Position numbers and translations under genes: made by a program | Notes under the pieces: generated by a model | What the model was told of the DNA's origin: nothing | The model's input: only the letters and a program-made list of their open reading frames with translations | Database searches by the model: none | Assembly (NCBI GenBank): GCA_016182235.1 | Contig: JACOXT010000004.1 | Span: 28,537 to 92,536 of the forward strand | Origin: Candidatus Levyibacteriota bacterium | GTDB lineage: Bacteria > Patescibacteriota > Microgenomatia > Levybacterales > UBA12049 | Direction of reading: 5' to 3' | DNA: 64,000 nt | Shown: positions 32,345 to 41,237 of the stretch, piece after piece | Numbering within the stretch: position 1 is the stretch's first letter | Layout: every line of letters starts with the position of its first letter

Positions 32345-32785
32345 TTAAATAGCGTCGCTTAATTCCTGTTCTTCTTCTCTTTGTATGTCTTTTCTTTTGA
32401 TCGCCTCTTTTTTGTCAAACTCTTTTTTTCCTTTTGCTAAAGCCAGTTCGACTTTTATAAGATGGGAAGTTGTATATAGGGAAATTGGCACAATAGCCAA
32501 ACCTTGTCCTTCAGTTTTTGATTTAAGAGCAATAATTTCTCTTTTGTGAAGGAGCAGTTTTCTCGTACGCCTCTCATCATAGCCCTCGGGACGTGCAAAT
32601 TTATAAGGAAAGATTTTTGCATTTATAAGATATGCCTCGCTTCCCAGAATTTTGACATGGCTTCCTGTTAAATCCGCATGGCCAAGCCTCACAGCTTTGA
32701 CCTCGGCTCCAAAAAGATTTATTCCAGCCTCAAATTTCTCCAAAATCCGATAGTCATAAAATGCCCGTCTATTCGTAATTTTCAT
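32345..32785 (-). CDS. smpB: SsrA-binding protein SmpB
   Basis: ITNRRAFYDYRILEKFEAGINLFGAEVKAVR and a basic C-terminal tail. Confidence 0.9.
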   Translation of the reverse strand: MKITNRRAFYDYRILEKFEAGINLFGAEVKAVRLGHADLTGSHVKILGSEAYLINAKIFPYKFARPEGYDERRTRKLLLHKREIIALKSKTEGQGLAIVPISLYTTSHLIKVELALAKGKKEFDKKEAIKRKDIQREEEQELSDAI

Positions 32786-32803
32786 GTTTTATAATACTTT
32801 AAA

Positions 32804-34234
32804 CTATTTGCCTATAATTATCAAAGCATCAGATGGCGACGAGGGGTTAAGGTCAGAAGATGAGGATGTGACTGTATAACTTTTCATAAGATCTTTTTTG
32901 AGTAGATCTAGAAAATTGCTTTTATCTTTTTTTACTTTGATGGTCACTCCTATATAATTATAATTGTCAGCATTTTCCGTTGAAACGACATTATAGCCAA
33001 GTTCTTTTAATATTTTTCCCCCTTTTCCCGCTGTGCCTTCAATTCCGCTGCCATTTGCAACAGAGATAGAAAGCTTACCTCTATCAATGCCATCTTTTAC
33101 CGTATCGACTTGAGAAAGCCCATTATTTATCTTAGCCAATAAATCTTGAATTTGTTTTTCTTCTTTTGATCCTTTTTCAAACTTCTCTTGGTTTTCTTGA
33201 AGTATCTTTTGTGCGGAAAGATATGAATCTCGGGCATAATTCCTATTCAGATCCAAAAGGCTTTGACCCTCATCAAATTTTTTTTCTGCCTGTGGATAGA
33301 TTTCATTAAAAAGAGCATTAGCTTTGGCGTTATTTTGGTTTTTTATGGCGCTTAAAATACTAGATATGAGAATAATTGTGATAACGATAGAGATTATTAA
33401 AAAGACTATTTTTTTTGGGTTAGATTTAAAACTCAGTCGTTTAATCCAAGAGCGAAATAGCGAAGGATAGTTGTCTATAAAAAGAGATACACTCTTCGTT
33501 ATCCCTAGTGACTTCCTAAGCTCGTCTCCGCCAGCCATATATGGATTGTAAACAGGCTGTATGTTAGACTGATCCTCATCAGATATAACTGCCGTTTGGT
33601 CAACAGCTTTAGGCTTATTATATTTAATAATAATTGCGGCTAGTCTTCCATCTTCGGTTTTATGTATTTTGGGGGCAAGTTGTTCTGTGGCATCAGACGG
33701 AAGGTTTTTCTCTAGGCTCGAAAAAAGATCGTCTGGGGAGATAATTTCTGAGAAAGCATCCGTTCCCAATACTATTAGATCATTGTCCTTAACAAGCCCA
33801 GAAGAAGAAGCAATATTGTCGGTATTCTCATCGGAGGAGCTCAAAATCTTGCCAAGTTTTCCTTCTCTTAGGAGAAGTACATTTCCCTTGCCCAATATAA
33901 AAGTATATAAAATATCTTCCCTAAAAAAACAACAAACAAAAGAGATAATTATTCCGCTTTTAACTTTTTCAAAAGTAGCAGAAATTGCATGTTTAATAGA
34001 TTCTAAATCTTTGGTTTCCGTAGAAAAGAATTCCTGTTCGAGCTTATCCAGTAAACTCTTGCCCAATATATTTAGAGAACCTAAATCATTGTCTTCACCA
34101 AGCTTAGTTTGATCTTGATTTCCGACCTTTTCAATAGACAGAGCTACAAAGAGTTTTCCGGCGTTATAGACTTGAGACCAAGAAGCTAGCCTTGGTGTTG
34201 CGACGATTTTCGAGAAAGATATACTAGCGTCCAT
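32804..34234 (-). CDS. Membrane protein with a cytoplasmic N-domain and an extracellular C-terminal LytR_C domain
   Basis: A central TM helix (IVFLIISIVITIILISSILSAI). The C-terminus (LSISVANGSGIEGTAGKGGKILKELGYNV...ADNYNY...ALIIIGK) matches the LytR_C pattern. Confidence 0.6.
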   Translation of the reverse strand: MDASISFSKIVATPRLASWSQVYNAGKLFVALSIEKVGNQDQTKLGEDNDLGSLNILGKSLLDKLEQEFFSTETKDLESIKHAISATFEKVKSGIIISFVCCFFREDILYTFILGKGNVLLLREGKLGKILSSSDENTDNIASSSGLVKDNDLIVLGTDAFSEIISPDDLFSSLEKNLPSDATEQLAPKIHKTEDGRLAAIIIKYNKPKAVDQTAVISDEDQSNIQPVYNPYMAGGDELRKSLGITKSVSLFIDNYPSLFRSWIKRLSFKSNPKKIVFLIISIVITIILISSILSAIKNQNNAKANALFNEIYPQAEKKFDEGQSLLDLNRNYARDSYLSAQKILQENQEKFEKGSKEEKQIQDLLAKINNGLSQVDTVKDGIDRGKLSISVANGSGIEGTAGKGGKILKELGYNVVSTENADNYNYIGVTIKVKKDKSNFLDLLKKDLMKSYTVTSSSSDLNPSSPSDALIIIGK

Positions 34235-34241
34235 TGTTTAC

Positions 34242-34478
34242 CTAAAGTATAACAAAGGCTCCCAAAAAAAGCGAAGCAGCAGCAATAATATTAATTATGG
34301 CTAGCGTCTCAAATAAAACTTCGGCATGAGGGAGATTAAGAATTTGACTCATTGCTCTTACTTGAGTAAAAATAACGACGCTAAAGATCAAATAAAACCC
34401 AATAATTATAAGAGTAACGATTTTAACAAAAAGAACTGGCTGAAAAAAATTAGCAAAATCTAAAGAATTAAAATCCAT
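34242..34478 (-). CDS. Small 2-TM membrane protein
   Basis: 78 aa with two hydrophobic helices. Its start is adjacent to the upstream gene's stop. Confidence 0.45.
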   Translation of the reverse strand: MDFNSLDFANFFQPVLFVKIVTLIIIGFYLIFSVVIFTQVRAMSQILNLPHAEVLFETLAIINIIAAASLFLGAFVIL

Positions 34479-35134
34479 TATTTTGCCTTTCCTATAAGGT
34501 CTCCGATTATATGAGTTGCTTCTCTTGGTTTTGGAACTGCTGTTGCTTCAAAATTAATTTCTGTTCCTGCTGTTTGGACAAAAAGATTGCCGTAATTAAA
34601 AAGAGTGGGAATAAATCCGGATTGAGTATAATTTACATCCTGAACATGACTAAGTTTAGTTACTGCAATATTATGTATCACAATATCTGAATAATCTATA
34701 TCAACGACGCGTTCTGAGGTAACGATAAATACATTATAAAACCAATGCAAGAAATTTACGAACACAAAAGAAAATACGATTAGATAATAAAAAAGAATAT
34801 AGACAGTCATGAAATGGCTTGCAATAGGAGAAGAAAGAATTCGTATCTCAAACAAGGAAGAAAATATTGCAATTATTAAAGGTATAAAAATAAGAACAAT
34901 ACTTATAGCTATCCAATATAAATTTGTTATAAAATGAGACCTTAAAAATAAGATAATAACCTCACCTTGTTTTTGAGTCTGAAACGTGACTCCTTTAGGA
35001 TCCTTACAGAAAGAGGAGAAAATATTCATATGCGGTCCATCTTGCTTTAACAATGAAAACAATTTCAATCCTCCAACATGCTTTTTTATTATATCTCCTT
35101 TATGGTTTTTTGGAGCAACGAAAATATCATTCAT
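34478..35134 (-). CDS. Hypothetical membrane protein (bPH/YdbT-like topology)
   Basis: 218 aa with a TM hairpin and then a soluble beta-rich C-domain. Confidence 0.45.
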   Translation of the reverse strand: MNDIFVAPKNHKGDIIKKHVGGLKLFSLLKQDGPHMNIFSSFCKDPKGVTFQTQKQGEVIILFLRSHFITNLYWIAISIVLIFIPLIIAIFSSLFEIRILSSPIASHFMTVYILFYYLIVFSFVFVNFLHWFYNVFIVTSERVVDIDYSDIVIHNIAVTKLSHVQDVNYTQSGFIPTLFNYGNLFVQTAGTEINFEATAVPKPREATHIIGDLIGKAK

Positions 35135-36852
35135 TTCTTTTCAATATTATACAATGGCGATTTTATAGAGACATATCCCGGTGCTCTTAGATTAAAAATC
35201 TGCTTGAATTCTGATCCGGAAATAGAAATACTACCCTTATTAGTATTGAATATTACATCCGCTGTTTTTCCATCTGTTGAGTACGTTACAGATACAGATG
35301 AGATAGAGTTAACGGATCCTCCGGAAGCGCTGTCAGCCAAACCTTTTACTTCTGCCATAGAATATGGATTACCGCCCCAGCAGGAGGTTGTTATGGGGGT
35401 AATGCGTCCATTGTCAACGCCACTTTTGTTTTGGATTAGGAAGCTATTTAAAACATCAGACATTTCTTCCAAAGTAAGCCAAGGATGAGAATGGCCGCAG
35501 TTAGCTGAGTTTATGTTGTAATTTTGAGTATACCAACCTTTATAAAACCATGGGCTCCCCGCTAATTTTTCGTAAGCGCCTCCTGTCCATGTATCTTTAT
35601 TTCCTGAGGTTGTATCCCAACCAGAATTGTTGCTATAGCCTCCTGTTGTAGATGAATATTGAGCATTTGGCCCGCCTTCCAAGACCCATCCTCGAGTTTG
35701 ATTTACCGCGTCTTCCCAGTTACCGCCCTTATTGATATCTTTGTAGACTTGACATGATTCTGTCGCACATATTGAGCTTCCTGATCTTATAGCATAAGTT
35801 CGCGCCGCTACCGCTTGAGCCTTCAAAGCTTCCATTGGAAATGAATTTGGCATTTCATAAATTCGCTTCATGTATTCATCCTCAAAACTACGATCTCCAA
35901 AACCTATGACATTTATAGTTGCTGGAACTCCATAGCTTTTGTTGATTGTTGCGCCAGGATAATAAAAAGACAAAATCTGCTCTGCAGATTGTCCTGCCTC
36001 AGCGCGTCCTTTTGCTCCGTATTGACTCATCCCGTTTCTGTGAGTAAAAGCGCCAAAGGAAAAAGCTGCGAATGCCGGAGAAAATCCAGGATTGAAGTTT
36101 GGGGATGCATTAGGATCATCAGCTAAAGGAACGTCACCAACTGAAGTTGTAAAAGTTCCGGATTTAGCAGAAAGTATTTCCTGCTGTTTTGCAGTAAGTT
36201 GAGCAATCTGACCTGATAAAGTTGATTGATAGGCTTTTGCGCCGGATACAATTTTCCCAATTTTTGTAGATTCATCATCAAGGGTTGCTTTTACAGAAAC
36301 AAGATTTTTTTGTTCAGTTTCTAGATTTTTTCTTTTAGTTTCCAAATCAAGAATAGAAAGAGCTATGTTTGTGATAGTTGCTTTATCTTGATCTGTAAGG
36401 ACTCTTTGATACGTTAAAACCTTTGTAATTTGAGAAGCAGAGCCTTGTGATAAAAATGCCAAGACAGGAGAGTTATAGTAACTTTTGATGTAGAAATCGC
36501 GGATAGTACGATTTAAAATTTCTTCTTGTTTTGTCAGATTTTTATAACCTTCGTTGATATTTTTTTCTTTTACCAAAAGATCCTGTTCAATTGTATCTAC
36601 TCGATTTTTGATTTCATTAATTTGAGACTGCATGGAGAGTAGCTGGGATTCCAAAGGTTGAGTTGCTTTGACAGACATATCATAGGCTTTCTGAATATCC
36701 GAAAGACATCTTCCAATTGCCTCTAGATTAAGAGTATTGGGGTTGGAGCAATTAGATTCTTCTCCGAAAACAGTTAAACTAAAAAACGGGGAAGAGAAAA
36801 AGATTGACATAAATAGGAAAATTATCAATGTAATTCCTGATACCTTTTTCAT
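35131..36852 (-). CDS. SpoIID/LytB-domain protein with an N-terminal coiled coil
   Basis: HRNGMSQYGAKGRAEAG and ALKAQAVAARTYAI are SpoIID signatures. It has a signal peptide and a long coiled-coil N-region. Confidence 0.8.
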   Translation of the reverse strand: MKKVSGITLIIFLFMSIFFSSPFFSLTVFGEESNCSNPNTLNLEAIGRCLSDIQKAYDMSVKATQPLESQLLSMQSQINEIKNRVDTIEQDLLVKEKNINEGYKNLTKQEEILNRTIRDFYIKSYYNSPVLAFLSQGSASQITKVLTYQRVLTDQDKATITNIALSILDLETKRKNLETEQKNLVSVKATLDDESTKIGKIVSGAKAYQSTLSGQIAQLTAKQQEILSAKSGTFTTSVGDVPLADDPNASPNFNPGFSPAFAAFSFGAFTHRNGMSQYGAKGRAEAGQSAEQILSFYYPGATINKSYGVPATINVIGFGDRSFEDEYMKRIYEMPNSFPMEALKAQAVAARTYAIRSGSSICATESCQVYKDINKGGNWEDAVNQTRGWVLEGGPNAQYSSTTGGYSNNSGWDTTSGNKDTWTGGAYEKLAGSPWFYKGWYTQNYNINSANCGHSHPWLTLEEMSDVLNSFLIQNKSGVDNGRITPITTSCWGGNPYSMAEVKGLADSASGGSVNSISSVSVTYSTDGKTADVIFNTNKGSISISGSEFKQIFNLRAPGYVSIKSPLYNIEKK

Positions 36853-36936
36853 ATAATACGCTGATTATATCAAATTACATTAATCATTAGGTTTCAAGTT
36901 GCAAAAAATAAAGATAGCTGATATTATAGGGGCATT

Positions 36937-37527
36937 ATGGATAATCAATTCCAGCCACCTCTGGCTCAAGCTAATTATCCTAATCAGGGATCAGGTAAAT
37001 CAAAAAAGTTTTTGTTCATAGTCATTTTTTTACTGCTTCTTCTTGGTGTTGGTTATCTGGTTGTTCAATATTTTCTTCCTTCAAAAAACGAAACAAAATC
37101 TTTAACTATTACGCCAACTCCAACAGAATATCAATTTCCAACAGATACCCCAACTCCGCAGGCGACTCCTACAGCTAGCCTAAAACCAACTACAGGCCCC
37201 ACAACAAAACCAACGACAAACCCAGTTGATCAAGCGTCAGGATTGGATAGAAGCACATTAAGTGTGGAAGTGCAGAATGGCAGCGGAGAAGCTGGGGTAG
37301 CTGCTAAGGCATCGGATATCCTTAAAGGCTTTGGTTATAAAGTTGCCTCAACCGGCAACGCAGATAATTATGATTATCAAGATGTAACAATTCAGGTTAA
37401 AAGTACAAAAAGCAAATATCTCACTCTTCTTAAGAAAGATTTAGGATTTAGCTACACAGTTGGTACAACTTCTGCTGATTTGTCTTCAGAATCAACCGCA
37501 GACGCACTGATTATTATTGGAAAGTAA
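36937..37527 (+). CDS. LytR_C-domain membrane-anchored protein
   Basis: A TM helix, a PT-rich linker, then LSVEVQNGSGEAGVAAKASDILKGFGYKV...ADNYDY...ALIIIGK. Confidence 0.7.
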   Translation: MDNQFQPPLAQANYPNQGSGKSKKFLFIVIFLLLLLGVGYLVVQYFLPSKNETKSLTITPTPTEYQFPTDTPTPQATPTASLKPTTGPTTKPTTNPVDQASGLDRSTLSVEVQNGSGEAGVAAKASDILKGFGYKVASTGNADNYDYQDVTIQVKSTKSKYLTLLKKDLGFSYTVGTTSADLSSESTADALIIIGK

Positions 37528-37586
37528 CTTCAAATCATAGGACAATTTTTGTTTCCTTTTTATTTCTTTTTTGCTAAAATATATCT

Positions 37587-38225
37587 ATGTTGGAGGTTAT
37601 TCCTGGGATTTTGGAGAAAGAGTGGAGTGAGATTGAGAGAAAGATAAATCTCGTAAAGTCATTTGCCAGGACAATACATATAGATATTATTGACGGAAAA
37701 TTTGCTCCGAATACCACTTTTCTTGACCCAACCCCATTTGCCAAATATGCCAAAGAATTAACATTGGAAATTCACATGATGGTTGAAAATCCTATTCAAT
37801 ATCTCAAGCCCTTTGCAGACGCTGGGTTTAGACGTTTTTTGGGACACGTTGAGAGAATGAATAATCAAGAAGAATTTGTAGCACAAGGAGAGCTTTTGGG
37901 GGAAGTAGGACTAGCGATTGATGGGCCAACCACCCTTGATGCCATTAAAGTTCCGTACAGAGATCTGGATTGCATCCTGGTAATGACAATAAAAGCTGGG
38001 GAGTCTGGTCAAGTCTTTGTTCAGGACAATTTGAAAAAAGTAGAAATTATTCGCAAAGCTTCGAATGATGTTCCTTTTTCGATTGAGGTTGATGGTGGGA
38101 TAAGCGATAAAACAATAAGTGAGTCAAAAAATAAAGGAGCAGTTCGTTTTGTCGCAAATAGCTTTATTTTTCAAAGTCAAGACCCCCACAATCAATTCAA
38201 CCTTCTTAAAAAATGCTTGGAATAG
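37587..38225 (+). CDS. rpe: Ribulose-phosphate 3-epimerase-like protein
   Basis: IHIDIIDGKFAPNTTF, HMMVENP and VDGGI motifs of the Rpe TIM barrel. Confidence 0.75.
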   Translation: MLEVIPGILEKEWSEIERKINLVKSFARTIHIDIIDGKFAPNTTFLDPTPFAKYAKELTLEIHMMVENPIQYLKPFADAGFRRFLGHVERMNNQEEFVAQGELLGEVGLAIDGPTTLDAIKVPYRDLDCILVMTIKAGESGQVFVQDNLKKVEIIRKASNDVPFSIEVDGGISDKTISESKNKGAVRFVANSFIFQSQDPHNQFNLLKKCLE

Positions 38226-38530
38226 ACATAGTATATTTGCCGGAATTTGAAGCTAGGATGAAGAACGTTTCTCTTGAGAAAGTTTTTTTACAAGTTGAAC
38301 TCTCTCAAAACAAAACTTCGGAAAATTTGGCTGGAATCTTTGCTGCAAAGGAAGCTTTTTTTAAGGCACTGGGTAAGAAAGCAAATTGGCTAGATGTTTG
38401 GATAGAGAAGAATAAATTCGGTATGCCGAGCCTTCACTCAAATATTGTTAATCCCTCTTATAATATGGAAGTTAGCATTTCTCATAAGAACAAATATGCC
38501 ATATCAGTAGTTTTCATATGGAAACATTAA
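38213..38530 (+). CDS. acpS: Holo-ACP synthase (4'-phosphopantetheinyl transferase)
   Basis: GIDIV at the N-terminus, AAKEAFFKALG, and SISHKNKYAISVV. It overlaps the downstream fusion gene by 13 nt. Confidence 0.8.
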   Translation: MLGIDIVYLPEFEARMKNVSLEKVFLQVELSQNKTSENLAGIFAAKEAFFKALGKKANWLDVWIEKNKFGMPSLHSNIVNPSYNMEVSISHKNKYAISVVFIWKH

Positions 38531-40971
38531 TTGACCTTTTGCCTCTTTTTAAAAAAAGAGGCAAAAAAGAAGTTTTTATATATAGAACCGGAATTCGAAG
38601 ATTCACATTTAGTTATAGACAGCTTTATGATTTGTCTCTTAAAATGGCATCTTATCTTGAAGAGCGGGGGATTAAAAAAGGAGATCGAGTTGCGCTTTGG
38701 GCGCCGAATAGTCCTTTTTGGGCTGTTTGTTTTTTCGGAATTTTATTAAAAGAGGCAATTGTTGTGCCAATTGATTTTGCATCCGGTAAACAAAGAGCGC
38801 AAAATATAATTAGGCTTTCAGGCTCAAGTTTTGTCATAGAAAGTAACTATAAATTTGAAAAGTTAAGTGGAATAAAAAGTATTGCAATTGAGGATCTGGA
38901 TTTTTTATTAAGGAATATTTCTTCTAAGTATAATTTTCCAAAACCTAAGCCAAATGATATCGCTGAAATTGTTTATACTTCCGGAACAACTGGCAATCCA
39001 AAGGGAGTTGAGCTTAATCATAAGAATCTTGTGACGAATATTTTGCAGGCGGAGCATCACATTCGTTTTCCGTCTCGGTTTTCATTCCTTTCAGTTTTGC
39101 CTCTTTCTCATTTATTTGAGCAGACTGCTGGATTTCTAACTCCTTTACACAGAGGAGATAAAATTGTCTACCTTCGAACCATAAAACCCTTGGCAATCAT
39201 GGAAGCATTTTCCCAAGAAAATGTTGCGGCAATGTTGGTTGTTCCGCGACTTTTACTTCTTCTTAAGAATTCAATTGAAAGAGAATTTGATTCGCTAGGT
39301 TTGAGAGGATTTTTAAATATCAATATCTTTAAAAAAATACTCTCTTATCCTGTTCATAGAAAAATAGGATCTAATTTTCAAATGTTTATCTCAGGAGGAG
39401 CGGGTTTGCCAACGGAGACTTACAGATTCTGGAATAGCATGGGGTTTAGGGTAGTTGAGGGATACGGCCTGACTGAATGTTCACCAATAGTTTGCGCCAA
39501 CACATTTGATAAACAAATTCCGGGGTCTGTCGGAAAGCTAGTCAAAGGCGTGAAAGTAAAGGTAGATAATGGAGAACTTTTGGTAAAAGGGGATAATGTT
39601 TTTTCAGGATATTACCGCAATGACAAAGAAACAGAGAAGGCTTTTAATAAAGACGGCTGGTTTAGAACAGGAGATTTAGCAAGTTTTGATAAGGAAGGGA
39701 ATATTTATATTAAAGGAAGGAAAAAAGATGTAATTATAACTCCATCCGGTGTCCATGTGTATCCGTTGGAGGTTGAAGAAGTACTAAATCACATAAGTGG
39801 AGTAAAAGAGTCTTGCGTTTTTGGTCTAAATAGAGGAAAAGGGGAAGAAACTCATGCCGTTTTGCTTCTTAATGACCCCAATGTCAATCCCTCAAAAATT
39901 ATTCAACTTGCCAATGAGAAACTTGATCCTTTAGCTCAAATTGAAGGCTTCTCCGTATGGAAGGATTATGATTTCCCAAGAACAACTACTCTTAAGGTCC
40001 AAAAATTTAAAGTTCTGGAAGCGGTATCGGGCAAAGTCAATGGGAATGATCCAAATCTCAAAGATGCCCTCGTCTCCCTTCTTTCTACGATGAGTAAAAA
40101 GCCAGGTGCAGATATACGAGAAAATTCAATATTAACTACAGATTTAGGATTAGACTCTATTTCAAGGCTCGAGCTTATTAACTTTTTGGAGCAGGAATAC
40201 CGTCTTGATTTGGAAGATTCAAATATTGATCAATATACCACAGTTTCTGATTTACGTCGGATGCTTGAGAAAAGAGGGGACCAGAAAAAAAAGTCAGGCT
40301 TGTGGTTTTGGACCAATAACAAGAGAGGGCGAATCCTTAGGAAATTTTTAGATAAAATATTTCACATACCCATCTCACATTTGTTTTTTGACTTAGAAGT
40401 TATAGGACTTTCCAATTTGAAAAACATAAAACCCCCTGTTGTTTTTATTTCAAATCATGTAAGTTATTTAGACCAGCCTGCTATTATGTTTGCTTTGCCG
40501 TCTATTTGGCGCTACTCAACTGCAAGCGCGGTACGGGAAGAATTCTTCTTTAATAGGGAAAATGAGTCTTTATTCCATAAACTTCTTTTTCCCTATACTA
40601 TATTTGCTTTTAATGGTTTTTTATTACCGCAAAAAAGCGGATTCAGAAAAAGCCTGTCATTTATGGGAAAACTCATTGATAACAACAGGAATATTCTGGT
40701 TTTTCCAGAAGGAACCAGATCAAAAAACGGAGAAATTTTACCTTTTATGCATGGTTTAGGAATTATCGTAAAGGAATTACAAGTTCCCTTAGTCACAATT
40801 AGAATTATAGGGATGGAGAAAATTTTTCCTAGAGGAAAATTTTTCCCAAAAAAAGGGAAATGTTTCATTGTTATTGGAAAAGCTTTAAATTTTACAACCG
40901 AAACGCCAAGTGAAATTGTTGAAAAATCGCGAAGAGCGATACTTTCCTTAGGTAATAAACTTGACATATAG
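38518..40971 (+). CDS. Tri-domain fusion: acyl-AMP ligase (FadD/AasS-like), acyl carrier domain, and PlsC-type lysophospholipid acyltransferase
   Basis: AMP-binding motifs are YTSGTTGNPKGV, GYGLTECSP and GWFRTGD...GRKKDVI. The carrier-domain motif is DLGLDSISRLEL. The acyltransferase motifs are NHVSYLD (HX4D) and FPEGTRS. Confidence 0.85.
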   Translation: METLIDLLPLFKKRGKKEVFIYRTGIRRFTFSYRQLYDLSLKMASYLEERGIKKGDRVALWAPNSPFWAVCFFGILLKEAIVVPIDFASGKQRAQNIIRLSGSSFVIESNYKFEKLSGIKSIAIEDLDFLLRNISSKYNFPKPKPNDIAEIVYTSGTTGNPKGVELNHKNLVTNILQAEHHIRFPSRFSFLSVLPLSHLFEQTAGFLTPLHRGDKIVYLRTIKPLAIMEAFSQENVAAMLVVPRLLLLLKNSIEREFDSLGLRGFLNINIFKKILSYPVHRKIGSNFQMFISGGAGLPTETYRFWNSMGFRVVEGYGLTECSPIVCANTFDKQIPGSVGKLVKGVKVKVDNGELLVKGDNVFSGYYRNDKETEKAFNKDGWFRTGDLASFDKEGNIYIKGRKKDVIITPSGVHVYPLEVEEVLNHISGVKESCVFGLNRGKGEETHAVLLLNDPNVNPSKIIQLANEKLDPLAQIEGFSVWKDYDFPRTTTLKVQKFKVLEAVSGKVNGNDPNLKDALVSLLSTMSKKPGADIRENSILTTDLGLDSISRLELINFLEQEYRLDLEDSNIDQYTTVSDLRRMLEKRGDQKKKSGLWFWTNNKRGRILRKFLDKIFHIPISHLFFDLEVIGLSNLKNIKPPVVFISNHVSYLDQPAIMFALPSIWRYSTASAVREEFFFNRENESLFHKLLFPYTIFAFNGFLLPQKSGFRKSLSFMGKLIDNNRNILVFPEGTRSKNGEILPFMHGLGIIVKELQVPLVTIRIIGMEKIFPRGKFFPKKGKCFIVIGKALNFTTETPSEIVEKSRRAILSLGNKLDI

Positions 40972-41048
40972 ATAGAAAAAGTGCCAAACTAAAAATAAAG
41001 ATATATGCCTGAAGAAGGAACTTGGCAGGAAGGAGGTGATAACTAAGT

Positions 41049-41234
41049 ATGGCGGAAGAAAGAATGATTCACCCCAATCCAGGGAAAATTTTCATGATAT
41101 TTGGTGTTCTAGCTATTGTCTATGGGATTATAAATTATTTCATGATGGCTATGAATTGGTCTCCGTATGCGTCATGGATTGTGGGTGGAGTTATTTTAAT
41201 TTTGGTCTCCTGGGCAATTAAATCAAAGATATAA
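41049..41234 (+). CDS. Small 2-TM membrane protein
   Basis: 61 aa with two hydrophobic helices. Confidence 0.4.
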   Translation: MAEERMIHPNPGKIFMIFGVLAIVYGIINYFMMAMNWSPYASWIVGGVILILVSWAIKSKI

Positions 41235-41237
41235 CTG

